From Candidatus Eiseniibacteriota bacterium (GTDB lineage: Bacteria; Eisenbacteria; RBG-16-71-46): 26,928 bases of DNA. The notes beneath the pieces are model-generated. The model was not told the origin of the DNA. It worked only from the letters and a program-made list of their open reading frames with translations, and made no database searches. Location of the stretch: assembly GCA_031364845.1 (NCBI GenBank), contig JANLWX010000111.1:1-26928 (forward strand), written 5' to 3'. The number at the start of each line of letters is the position of its first letter. Within the stretch, counting starts at the first letter, position 1. Shown here one piece after another: positions 1 through 8,801 of the stretch. Made by a program: the position numbers and the translations under genes.

Positions 1-825
1 CTCGAGAACGTCCGCATCACGCAGCTCGGCGATTCGCTGTCGCCCGAGGATTCCACGGTGCTCGCCGGAGTGCGCGTCGGTGAAGGGGTGCTCACGAGCA
101 GCGTCGAGCTGAACTTCAGCCGCAACAGCACCGACAATCCGTTCTACCCGACGCGCGGCACGCGGCTCACTCTGGAATCGGAGATCGCGGGTGGTCCGTT
201 CGGGGGCGCGGTGCACTTCAACAAGGATCGCCTCGAAGGCCGTCTCTACCTCCCGTCGTTGGTGAAGGGCGTGACGACGATGCTGAAGGCGCGCTGGGGC
301 ATCCTCACACCCTATGCGGATCAGAACAGCGGCGTGCCGCCTTACGAGCGCTTCCGACTAGGAGGCGGGACCACGCTCGATCCGTTGCGGGGCTACGACG
401 ACTACGAGATCGTGCCCGGCAAGAGCCGTGTGGCGGTCGGCTACACGTTCGCGCGCGACACGATCATCAGCGGCGCCGACACGTCGGTGGTTTCGTTTCC
501 GACTTCGTACCGCGCGGTGCGATATCCCGGCGGCCGGTTCATGACCGCCTACACGCTCGAGCAGCAATTTGCCATTGTCCATCCGCTCCATGGTGTGCTC
601 TTCTTCGATGCGGGCAACACTTGGGACCTGGGTCGCGACGTCAAACTGCTGGACTTGAAGCTTGGACTCGGTCTCGGCTTTCGCATGGAGATCCCGTTGC
701 TCGGAAACATCGGATTCGACTACGGCTATGGCTTCGACCACGAGGAATTCGACGAACGCACCGGAACGTTCAAGAAGAAGGGCCAGTTCAAGGGCCACTT
801 CCTGATCGGGAACATGGGCTTCTGA
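1..825 (+). CDS. bamA: Outer membrane protein assembly factor BamA, C-terminal beta-barrel (5' truncated by window)
   Basis: Frame open from base 1. Omp85 motifs DNPFYPTRG, ERFRLGG..LRGY, FFDAGNTW, GLGFRMEIPLLGNIGFDYGYG; terminal Phe. Lies upstream of skp-lpxD. Confidence 0.93.
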   Translation, partial: LENVRITQLGDSLSPEDSTVLAGVRVGEGVLTSSVELNFSRNSTDNPFYPTRGTRLTLESEIAGGPFGGAVHFNKDRLEGRLYLPSLVKGVTTMLKARWGILTPYADQNSGVPPYERFRLGGGTTLDPLRGYDDYEIVPGKSRVAVGYTFARDTIISGADTSVVSFPTSYRAVRYPGGRFMTAYTLEQQFAIVHPLHGVLFFDAGNTWDLGRDVKLLDLKLGLGLGFRMEIPLLGNIGFDYGYGFDHEEFDERTGTFKKKGQFKGHFLIGNMGF

Positions 826-1412
826 TGCGCGCCGCTTCGATGCACCCGACCCGCCGCGGACTCTTTGCCGGGATCGTTCTCGTCGTGGGGCTGACGCTCG
901 CTGTGGGGCTCGTCCGGCCCGCGGGCGCGGTCGATTCGCGGATCGGCTATATTGACTCGGCCCGGATCTTTCTCGAGTACGAAGCGGCCAAGGAAGCGCA
1001 GTCGCGATTCGATCGCCAGGTGACCGGATGGCGGGACGAGGCGGCCGAGAAGCAGCGGGCGGTCGAGCAGTTGCGCACGGAAGTGCGGGATCAGTCCCCG
1101 ATCCTCTCGGCGCTCAAGCGCCAGGAGAAGGAAGAAGCCCTGCAGCGGGCGATCAGTGAATACGAGCGCTTCATTCAGGATGTGTGGGGTGCTTCGGGAC
1201 GCGCGGTCCAGGAAAACGAGCGCGCGACGGGCGAGGTGGTGGCGCAGATCCGTTCGGCGGTCGAAAAGATCGCGAGCGACCGCAACCTCGATCTGGTGCT
1301 GGATGCCGCGAGTGGCTACCTCATCTACGCGAACAAGAGCCTGGATCTGACGGCAACAGTGATCGAAGAACTGAAGAGCCGCTCCCCAGCCACGACGGAA
1401 ACTCCACGCTAG
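825..1412 (+). CDS. skp: OmpH/Skp periplasmic chaperone
   Basis: ATG 825 overlaps the bamA stop (TGATG); alternative ATG at 840. Signal peptide, RIGYIDSARIF, coiled-coil core, LDLVLD..LIYANKSLDLTATVI; bamA-skp-lpxD synteny. Confidence 0.9.
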   Translation: MRAASMHPTRRGLFAGIVLVVGLTLAVGLVRPAGAVDSRIGYIDSARIFLEYEAAKEAQSRFDRQVTGWRDEAAEKQRAVEQLRTEVRDQSPILSALKRQEKEEALQRAISEYERFIQDVWGASGRAVQENERATGEVVAQIRSAVEKIASDRNLDLVLDAASGYLIYANKSLDLTATVIEELKSRSPATTETPR

Positions 1413-1531
1413 CGAGACGTCCGATCGGGTCATGACGGGGAAGCGCCGCGCCACGGAATGGCGCCGGCCGCGGAAGGCTTCCGGCGTCGGATGTGTGAAT
1501 CCTGCTGCTCTGGAGAGAAAGGTTGCGACGC

Positions 1532-2581
1532 ATGATGACGCGGACCCTGGCGGAGCTCGCCGAGATTCTCGATGGCGAGGTGATCGGCGATCCCGCCGTT
1601 GAAATCCGAGGAGTCGCAGGGATTCGTGAGGCGCAAGCCGGCGACATCACGTTCCTCGCCAATGCCCGCTACGAGTCGTACCTGCTCGACACCAGCGCCT
1701 CCGCCGTGATCTGTGCGCGCGACGCGCGCGGCGGCCCGGTTCCGCTCCTGAAGGTCGACAATCCTTATCTGGCCTTTCAGCGCATCGTCCGCGTGTTCCG
1801 CCCCGACGCCCATCGGCCGGCCGCCGGAACCCATGCGAGCGCGGTCGTCGCCGATTCGGCGGAGATCGGCGAAGGCGTTTCGATCGGACCGCGCTGCGTG
1901 ATCGAAGCCGGTGCGCGGATCGGCGCGCGAACGGTGCTGATGGCGGGGTGTTATGTGGGCGAGGGCTCGTCGATCGGCGAGGACACGTTCGTCTACCCGC
2001 ACGTCACCCTGCGCGAAGAGTGCCACGTCGGCAGCCGCTGCATCCTGCATCCGGGGGTGGTGATCGGCAGCGATGGCTTCGGATTCGCGTTCGACTCGGG
2101 CCGCTACCACAAGGTTCCGCAGGTCGGGAACGTGATCGTGGCCGACGATGTCGAGATCGGCGCCAACACGACCATCGACCGCGCCACCACCGACAGCACT
2201 CGGATCGGCGCCGGCACCAAGATCGACAATCTGGTGCAGATCGGGCACAACGTGGTGGTCGGAGAACACTGCATCATCGTTTCGCAGGTCGGGATTTCGG
2301 GCAGTGTGAAGCTCGAGGACTACGTCACGATCGGCGGCCAGGCGGGGATCGCGGGCCACATCACGGTCGGACGCCGCGCTACGATCGGCGCCAAGAGCGG
2401 TGTCACCAAGTCGGTGCCCGAGGACGCGACGGTGAGCGGATTTCCCGCGATGCCGCACGGCGTGTTCAAGCGCGCGATGGCGTTCATCCAGAAGCTCCCG
2501 GACCTGTTCCAGCGCACGAAGGATCTCGAGCGGCGCGTGGCGGGGCTCGAACAGCATTCCGAACGCGAGCACGTCCGTTGA
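1532..2581 (+). CDS. lpxD: UDP-3-O-acylglucosamine N-acyltransferase LpxD
   Basis: [16 protein letters not shown], hexapeptide repeats, [36 protein letters not shown] precedes ATG 1532 (or 1535). Confidence 0.96.
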   Translation: MMTRTLAELAEILDGEVIGDPAVEIRGVAGIREAQAGDITFLANARYESYLLDTSASAVICARDARGGPVPLLKVDNPYLAFQRIVRVFRPDAHRPAAGTHASAVVADSAEIGEGVSIGPRCVIEAGARIGARTVLMAGCYVGEGSSIGEDTFVYPHVTLREECHVGSRCILHPGVVIGSDGFGFAFDSGRYHKVPQVGNVIVADDVEIGANTTIDRATTDSTRIGAGTKIDNLVQIGHNVVVGEHCIIVSQVGISGSVKLEDYVTIGGQAGIAGHITVGRRATIGAKSGVTKSVPEDATVSGFPAMPHGVFKRAMAFIQKLPDLFQRTKDLERRVAGLEQHSEREHVR

Positions 2582-3897
2582 CGGGCGCACGTCAGCGCAC
2601 CATCGGAGAGCCCGCGATCTTCGAAGGCGTGGGGCTGCACACCGGCGTGGCAGGCCGCGTGACGTTCCTGCCTGCGGCCGAGAACACGGGCGTGCGCTTC
2701 GTGCGCACCGATCTGCCGAACCGGCCGGTCGTCGAGGTGCGTCCCGAGCACGCGCACTTCGATCCGAACGCGGGACGCCGGACGATCCTCCAGCAGGGCG
2801 GGGTCCAGATCCACACGATGGAGCATCTGCTCGCGGCGGTGGCGGGACTCGGGATCGACAACGTTGTGATCGAGACCTCGTGCATGGAGATCCCCGAGCC
2901 GGCCGACGGCAGTGCGGCGCCGATCGCGCGGCTGCTGCTGGCGGCGGGACTCGTGGAACAGGAACGCGCTCGGCGCCACATCAAGGTCACGCGTCCGGTC
3001 GCGTGGTCGGCGAACGGGGTCGAGATCAGCGCGGTGCCGCATTCGGGGCTGCGCATCAGCTTCACCATCGAATACGACCATCCGCGCATCGGCACGCAGA
3101 CGCTGTCGCTCGACATTGATCCGGAGTCGTTCATGCGTGAGATCGCGCCGGCCCGCACGTTCGTGCTCGAGCGCGACATCGAAGCACTGCGCACCGCGGG
3201 CTGGATCAAGGGCGGGCGTCTCGAGAGTGCGGTCGTGGTCGGCGACGACGGGATCCGCAATTCCGAGCCGCTGCGGTATCCGGACGAATTCGTGCGCCAC
3301 AAGATCCTGGATCTGCTCGGCGATCTGTCGCTGCTCGGGGGACCTTTGCTCGGCCACGTGCGCGCGAAGCGTTCGGGACACGAGGGCCATGTCGCGTTCG
3401 TTCGCGAGTTGAAGCGCGTGCTGCCGCTGCCCGGGCGCCGCGCGGGTGCGCCTCCGGGTGAGTGGGACATCACGTCGATCCTCGAGATCATCCCGCACCG
3501 GTATCCGTTCCTGCTGGTCGATCGCATCACGGAATTCGAAGAAGGGAAATACATCGAGGGTTTGAAGAATGTGACCATCAACGAGCCGTTCTTCAATGGT
3601 CACTTCCCGGGCCACCCGATCATGCCGGCCGTCCTGATCATCGAGGCGATGGCCCAGTGCGGCGGCCTGCTGCTGCTCAACACGGTCGCCGATCCGAGCG
3701 GGAAGCTCATGTACTTCATGGGCATCGACAACGCGCGCTTCCGCAAGCCGGTGACCCCCGGCGATCAGCTCAAATTCAAGATCACGCTGCTCAAGTTGAA
3801 GGGCGGGATCTCCAAGATGCGCGGCGAGACCTACGTGGACGATCAACTGGTCGCCGAGGCGGAGCTGCTCGCGAAGGTGGTGGAGACCCGGGCGTGA
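2578..3897 (+). CDS. lpxC-fabZ: Bifunctional LpxC deacetylase / FabZ 3-hydroxyacyl-ACP dehydratase
   Basis: TTG start overlapping the lpxD stop (TTGA). LpxC motifs [39 protein letters not shown]. In-frame FabZ motifs [40 protein letters not shown]. Confidence 0.95.
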   Translation: MTGARQRTIGEPAIFEGVGLHTGVAGRVTFLPAAENTGVRFVRTDLPNRPVVEVRPEHAHFDPNAGRRTILQQGGVQIHTMEHLLAAVAGLGIDNVVIETSCMEIPEPADGSAAPIARLLLAAGLVEQERARRHIKVTRPVAWSANGVEISAVPHSGLRISFTIEYDHPRIGTQTLSLDIDPESFMREIAPARTFVLERDIEALRTAGWIKGGRLESAVVVGDDGIRNSEPLRYPDEFVRHKILDLLGDLSLLGGPLLGHVRAKRSGHEGHVAFVRELKRVLPLPGRRAGAPPGEWDITSILEIIPHRYPFLLVDRITEFEEGKYIEGLKNVTINEPFFNGHFPGHPIMPAVLIIEAMAQCGGLLLLNTVADPSGKLMYFMGIDNARFRKPVTPGDQLKFKITLLKLKGGISKMRGETYVDDQLVAEAELLAKVVETRA

Positions 3898-3925
3898 GCA
3901 CCGCTCGCGCGCTCCGGAGCGTCCG

Positions 3926-4702
3926 ATGAGCACGAGTGTCCACCCGGCGTCGTTTGTGGACCCGCGGGCTGAGCTCGCCGACGATGTGATCGTCGAGCCG
4001 GGTGCCGTGATCGGCCCACACGTCCGTATCGGCAAGGGAACGCGGATCGGCAGCCACGCGCTCGTCACCGGATGGACGCGGATCGGCGAACACTGCCACG
4101 TGCACCACGCGGCCCTGGTCGGCGGCGCGCCGCAGGATCTCAAGTACACGGGCGCCGAATCCTACGTTGAAGTCGGCGACCGCACGGTGCTGCGCGAGTT
4201 CTCGACCGTCCACCTCGCCGCCGAAGCCGGATCGACCACGCGCGTGGGCAGCGACTGCCTGATCATGGCGTACGCGCACGTTGCGCACGACTGCCGCGTC
4301 GGGGACCGGGTCGTGATCGCGAACGCGGTGCAGATGGCGGGTTTCGTGACGATCGACGACTGGGCGATCGTCGGCGGCGTGAGTGCGATCCATCAGTTCG
4401 TGCGGGTCGGCTGCCACAGTATGATCGGCGGCTGCTCGCGCATCGCGCAGGATGTGGCGCCGTACGTGAAAGTCGCAGGCAACCCGCCGCGGCTCGCCGG
4501 AGTGAACTCGATCGGACTCGAGCGCCGCGGGGTTCCCGCCGAGTCGCGCGCGGCACTCGATCGCGCGTACCGCACCCTGTTCCGGCGCGGGCTCACGGTT
4601 GCGAAGGCGGTCGCGGCGATGCGCTCGGAGTCGGGCGCGGTGCCGGAAGTCGAACACCTCGCGCGCTTCGCAGAGACCTCGGTGCGCGGGCTCACGCGCT
4701 GA
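3926..4702 (+). CDS. lpxA: Acyl-ACP--UDP-GlcNAc (or GlcNAc3N) acyltransferase LpxA
   Basis: Hexapeptide repeats, PQDLKY, AHVAHDC, HQFVRVG, QDVAPY, NSIGLERRG. Confidence 0.96.
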   Translation: MSTSVHPASFVDPRAELADDVIVEPGAVIGPHVRIGKGTRIGSHALVTGWTRIGEHCHVHHAALVGGAPQDLKYTGAESYVEVGDRTVLREFSTVHLAAEAGSTTRVGSDCLIMAYAHVAHDCRVGDRVVIANAVQMAGFVTIDDWAIVGGVSAIHQFVRVGCHSMIGGCSRIAQDVAPYVKVAGNPPRLAGVNSIGLERRGVPAESRAALDRAYRTLFRRGLTVAKAVAAMRSESGAVPEVEHLARFAETSVRGLTR

Positions 4703-4736
4703 ACATGAATCGACCGGTTTGACGAAGGGACACACG

Positions 4737-5735
4737 ATGCGGCCGTTGCGAACGGGAGTGTGGGGCGTCGGCGTGTGGGGCGAGAAGCACGCGCGCGTCT
4801 ATCACGCGCTGGCCGAATCGCAGCTGATCGGCGTGCACGATCACGACCCCGCGCGCGCGGCGGCGATCGCGTCGGAGTATGGATGCCGCGCGTTCGAGAC
4901 TGCCGATGCGCTGCTCGCCGAGTGCGAAGCGGTTTCGGTGGCGACGCCCACCGTTGCCCACCTCGCTGCGGTCGAGCAGGCACTCGGCGCGGGCTGCCAC
5001 GTGCTGGTCGAGAAGCCGATGGCGGTCACGGTCGCCGAAGCCGACGCGATGATCGGATTCGCCGCGCGCGCCGGGCGCACGCTGCAGGTCGGCCAGGTCG
5101 AACGCTTCAACCCGGCGGTGCTCGCGGCGCAGCCGTTCGTCTCCGCGCCCAAGTTCATCGAAGCGCACCGGCTCGCCGCGTTCCAGCCGCGCTCGCTCGA
5201 CATCGACGTCGTGTTCGACCTCATGATCCACGATCTCGATCTGGTGCTCCACCTGACCGGCAAGTCGCCGGTGCAACTGTCGGCGGTCGGTGTCGCCGTG
5301 TTGTCGAGCAACGAGGACATCGCGAACGCGCGGCTCGAGTTCGACGACGGCTGTGTGGCGAACCTCACGGCGAGCCGAGTGTCGGTCGAGCGTCTGCGCC
5401 GCATCCGCTTCTTCCAGGGCAACGCCTATATCTCAGTCGATCTGTTCGCGAAGTCGGGCGAGGCGTTCGTCATCAAGGATCCGGGTTCGTTCCGACCCGG
5501 CCATGCGGATCCGCTGGCGCTCATGGCGGGCATCAAGCGCCACACGCTCGAGATTCCGGCCGGGGAGCCGCTCACACTCGAGCTCACGGCGTTCCTGCGT
5601 TCGCTGAACGGCGAAGGCACGGGCGCCGCCTCGGCGCGCGCCGGGCGCGACGCGCTCGCGATCGCCCAGCAGGTCCGCGACGCCATGAAGCGCCGCGCGG
5701 AGCAGTGGAAGCTCGAGCCGCGCCCCGCGTCCTGA
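4737..5735 (+). CDS. Gfo/Idh/MocA NAD-dependent oxidoreductase, GnnA-like (putative UDP-GlcNAc 3-dehydrogenase)
   Basis: GAAGGGA RBS before ATG 4737. GVWGVGVWG Rossmann motif, VLVEKPM, ERFNPA, DLMIHDLD, ANLTASRVS. Lies between lpxA and lpxB. Confidence 0.85.
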   Translation: MRPLRTGVWGVGVWGEKHARVYHALAESQLIGVHDHDPARAAAIASEYGCRAFETADALLAECEAVSVATPTVAHLAAVEQALGAGCHVLVEKPMAVTVAEADAMIGFAARAGRTLQVGQVERFNPAVLAAQPFVSAPKFIEAHRLAAFQPRSLDIDVVFDLMIHDLDLVLHLTGKSPVQLSAVGVAVLSSNEDIANARLEFDDGCVANLTASRVSVERLRRIRFFQGNAYISVDLFAKSGEAFVIKDPGSFRPGHADPLALMAGIKRHTLEIPAGEPLTLELTAFLRSLNGEGTGAASARAGRDALAIAQQVRDAMKRRAEQWKLEPRPAS

Positions 5736-6844
5736 TCGTCGCGGGCGAAGCCTCGGGAGACCGTCACGCCGCGCGACTGGTCGAGTCGCTGCGCGCGCAC
5801 GGTCCGATCGATGCGTTCGGCGTCACGGGTCCCGCGCTCGAGCGCGCCGGCGTGCGGCGTATCGCCGAGTCGGCGGAGCTCTCGGTGGTCGGCTTCACCG
5901 GCGTGATCGCGCGGCTGCCGCGCATCCTCGCGGTGGAGCGCGCGGTGGAACACGCCGCCCGCACCCTGCGTCCGGTCGCGGCGGTGCTCGTCGATTCGCC
6001 GGGCTTCAACTTTCGGATCGGACCGCGCCTGCACCGGCTCGGTATCCGCACCTTCTACTACATCGCCCCGCAGGTGTGGGCGTGGCATGCGGAGCGCGCC
6101 CGGGCGATGAGCCGCTGGGTCGACCGGCTCGCGGTTGTGTTCCCGTTCGAAGAGGAGTTGTTCCGAGCGGCGGGCGTGGAGGCGCGTTTCGTCGGACATC
6201 CGCTGATCGACGATCTGACTCCGGAGCAGGACGGCGCGAGTTTGCGCGCGGGGCTCGGACTCGCCCCCGCCACCCGCCTGATCGGTCTGCTGCCGGGAAG
6301 CCGGCCGGGCGAGATGCGCGCGCATCTGCCGGTGATGGTGGAAACCGCCCGCGCGCTGTGCGCCACGCGGCCGGGGCTCACCGCACTGGTCGCGGTGGCG
6401 AACGGCCTCGAGGATCTGGTGCCGGCGGAACTGCGCGAGGCGGGAAGCCGGGTGCGCGCGGTGTTCGGAGCCACGCGCGCCATCCAGGCGGCGTCCGAGT
6501 GTTGCATCGTCGCCTCCGGCACCGCGACGCTCGAGACCGCGTTGTTCGAAACCCCGCTGGTCGTCGTCTACCGCACCGGACGCATCAACTACGAAATCGC
6601 GCGGCGCGTCGTGCGGCTCGAACGCATCGGACTGCCGAACATCGTCGCGGGCGCCGACGTGGCGCCCGAGCGCGTGCAGGACGCGTTCACACGCGCCCAA
6701 CTCGAACCGATCCTGGCCGCCTGGCTCGACGATCCCGCGGCGCGCGCCGCGCAGCAAGCATTGTTGCGGCAGGTGCGCGCGCGTCTGGGCGGGCCCGGCG
6801 CGGGCACGCGGGCGGCGGCGTGGCTTGCGGAGTTGCTCGCGTGA
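5705..6844 (+). CDS. lpxB: Lipid-A-disaccharide synthase LpxB
   Basis: IVAGEASGD, DSPGFN, YYIAPQVWAW, FPFE, FVGHPL, LLPGSR, SGTATLE. GTG 5705 start is uncertain. Confidence 0.95.
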   Translation: MEARAAPRVLIVAGEASGDRHAARLVESLRAHGPIDAFGVTGPALERAGVRRIAESAELSVVGFTGVIARLPRILAVERAVEHAARTLRPVAAVLVDSPGFNFRIGPRLHRLGIRTFYYIAPQVWAWHAERARAMSRWVDRLAVVFPFEEELFRAAGVEARFVGHPLIDDLTPEQDGASLRAGLGLAPATRLIGLLPGSRPGEMRAHLPVMVETARALCATRPGLTALVAVANGLEDLVPAELREAGSRVRAVFGATRAIQAASECCIVASGTATLETALFETPLVVVYRTGRINYEIARRVVRLERIGLPNIVAGADVAPERVQDAFTRAQLEPILAAWLDDPAARAAQQALLRQVRARLGGPGAGTRAAAWLAELLA

Positions 6845-7557
6845 CCGCGGCATCGGATCCGGCGGCGGCCCGGTCGGGCGCATCCTATCCCGCATGGTTG
6901 CCGGCGGGGGCGTTCGCGGCATCCGCGACGATCGCGGCACTCGCCCGGACCTGGCGCATGGACCTGCGCGGGATCGCCACGTGGGACGCGGAACTGGCGC
7001 GCGGTGCGCGCTGCATCTTCGCGGTGTGGCATGCCCGGGTGCTGCCGCTGGTGTGGTCGCATCGCAGCCGCGGGGTCGTGGTGCTGGTGAGCCGGCATCG
7101 CGACGGTGAAGCGATCGCGCGCGTGATCCGGCGCTTCGGCTTCGGCGCCGCCCGCGGATCGAGCACGCGCGGCGGGGACCAGGCGATGCGCGGCATGATG
7201 GCGGCGGTCCAAGCCGGGCGTCTGGTCGGCTTCACGCCCGATGGCCCGCGCGGACCGGCCGAACGCGTGAAGCCCGGCATCGCGTGGCTCGCGAGCACGA
7301 CCGGACTTCCGGTGATTCCGATCGGGACCGCGTCCAATCGTGCGCACGCGTTCGGTTCGTGGGACCGATTCCGTCTGCCGCTGCCGTTCGCGCGCGTGGT
7401 GGTTGCTTACGGCGATCCGATCCAGGTCCCCGCGGGGCTGGGTGACGAGGGACTCGAAACCTGGCGCGCGCGCATCGAAGCGGATCTCGCGGCGGTCACC
7501 GCACGCGTCGTCGGCGAGGCGCATGAAGCGCCTCCGTCGCCACGGAGGGCGCGATGA
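6841..7557 (+). CDS. DUF374 / lysophospholipid acyltransferase family protein (LpxJ-like late lipid A acyltransferase)
   Basis: GTGA overlap with lpxB. WHAR, SRHRDGE, RGSSTRGG, TPDGPRGP, SWDRFRLPLPF. Lies between lpxB and waaA. Confidence 0.85.
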   Translation: MTAASDPAAARSGASYPAWLPAGAFAASATIAALARTWRMDLRGIATWDAELARGARCIFAVWHARVLPLVWSHRSRGVVVLVSRHRDGEAIARVIRRFGFGAARGSSTRGGDQAMRGMMAAVQAGRLVGFTPDGPRGPAERVKPGIAWLASTTGLPVIPIGTASNRAHAFGSWDRFRLPLPFARVVVAYGDPIQVPAGLGDEGLETWRARIEADLAAVTARVVGEAHEAPPSPRRAR

Positions 7558-8801
7558 GCTTCGAATGGGCGGCCTACCGCCTGATCGCCCCTTTGATCGG
7601 ATCGCTCGCCCCGATGGCGCGCTGGTTCACCTCGCCCCACGAACGCGCGTTGTGGAACGAGCGGCTCGGCGATGTCGAGAGTTCCGGCGAGTGCGATGCA
7701 TGGATTCACGCCGCCTCGCTCGGAGAGGCGCTCGCGGTTCCCGCGCTCACGCGCGAACTTCTGGCGCTCGCTCCGCGGGCGAAGCTGCGGGTTTCGGCGA
7801 CGACGCGCTCGGGCCGCGGGCGGCTCATGGAACTGGGACTTCCGGCGTCGCTCGCCCCGATCGACTCACCGCAGGCCGTGGCTAAATTCTTCGAGCGGGT
7901 GAGACCCCGCCGGCTGATGCTGGTCGAGACCGAGTTGTGGCCGCACTGGCTGCTGCACGCGCGCGCGACGCGCACGCCGGTCGTGGTCGTGAGTGCGCGG
8001 CTCTCGACCCGCTCAGTCGAAAGCTATCGAAAGTTGGGCCGCGAGTTTCGGGAGCTGGTGGCGAGTCTTACGGGCGTCGTGGCGCAGAGTGATCGCGACG
8101 CGGCGCGCTGGAGCACGATCGGCGCCGGGCGGATCACCGTCGCCGGCAACCTCAAGCACGACGCGCTGCCCGATCCGCCGCCGAGCCGCGCGGCCGCGCG
8201 CGCAGGGGCCGGTCTCGATCGCGACCGGCCGCTGCTGGTGCTGGGCAGTCTGCGTCCGGGCGAGGCGCGGCTGCTCGCGCACGCGTGGCGCGCCGTGCCC
8301 CTCGAGCTGCGTCTCACCTGGCAGGTGATGGCGGTGCCCCGCCATGCGCGCGCGACTTCGGAGCTGGCCGAGGAGGCGGAGGCCTCGGGCGTGTTCGCGC
8401 CCGATCGCGGCGGAGAGCCCGGAAGCACGTGGCACTGGGACGGCCGGCCCGGAGTGCTCCAGGGGTATTACGCGGCCGCGGATGTCGCCTTTGTGGGGGG
8501 CAGCCTCGTGCGGCGCGGCGGGCACAATCCGCTCGAACCGGCGGCGAGCCGCGTCGCGGTGCTGATGGGACCTCATCACGGGGCGCAGCTGGACGGAGTG
8601 CATGCGCTCGAGGCGAACCGTGCGATCACGATTGTTCGAAGCGTGAAACAGGCCGCCGAAACCCTCGAGCATCTGCTCGGTGATCCGGAGGCGCGTGAAC
8701 AGCAGGCGGCGGCGGCGCGCGCGGTGGCGGAGTCGTTGCGCGGGGTCGCGCGCCGCACGGTGGCGCGGCTGGCGGAATGGAACGTGTGGCCGCCCGCATG
8801 A
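7554..8801 (+). CDS. waaA: Kdo transferase WaaA (KdtA)
   Basis: WIHAASLGE, ETELWP, GNLKHD, VPRH, AFVGGSL..GGHNPLEPA; ATGA overlaps at both ends. Confidence 0.95.
   Translation: MSFEWAAYRLIAPLIGSLAPMARWFTSPHERALWNERLGDVESSGECDAWIHAASLGEALAVPALTRELLALAPRAKLRVSATTRSGRGRLMELGLPASLAPIDSPQAVAKFFERVRPRRLMLVETELWPHWLLHARATRTPVVVVSARLSTRSVESYRKLGREFRELVASLTGVVAQSDRDAARWSTIGAGRITVAGNLKHDALPDPPPSRAAARAGAGLDRDRPLLVLGSLRPGEARLLAHAWRAVPLELRLTWQVMAVPRHARATSELAEEAEASGVFAPDRGGEPGSTWHWDGRPGVLQGYYAAADVAFVGGSLVRRGGHNPLEPAASRVAVLMGPHHGAQLDGVHALEANRAITIVRSVKQAAETLEHLLGDPEAREQQAAAARAVAESLRGVARRTVARLAEWNVWPPA

Noticed and set aside
1410..1535. Programmed readthrough of the skp TAG
   Set aside because: Skp is complete before the stop, there is no recoding signal, and 40 open codons are unremarkable at this GC content.
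1948..2577. Long N-terminal extensions in the ORF track for lpxC-fabZ (also lpxB from 4760, DUF374 from 6076, skp from 621, asnS from 21372)
   Set aside because: They overlap upstream genes out of frame and are low-complexity; family similarity begins at the later coupled starts.
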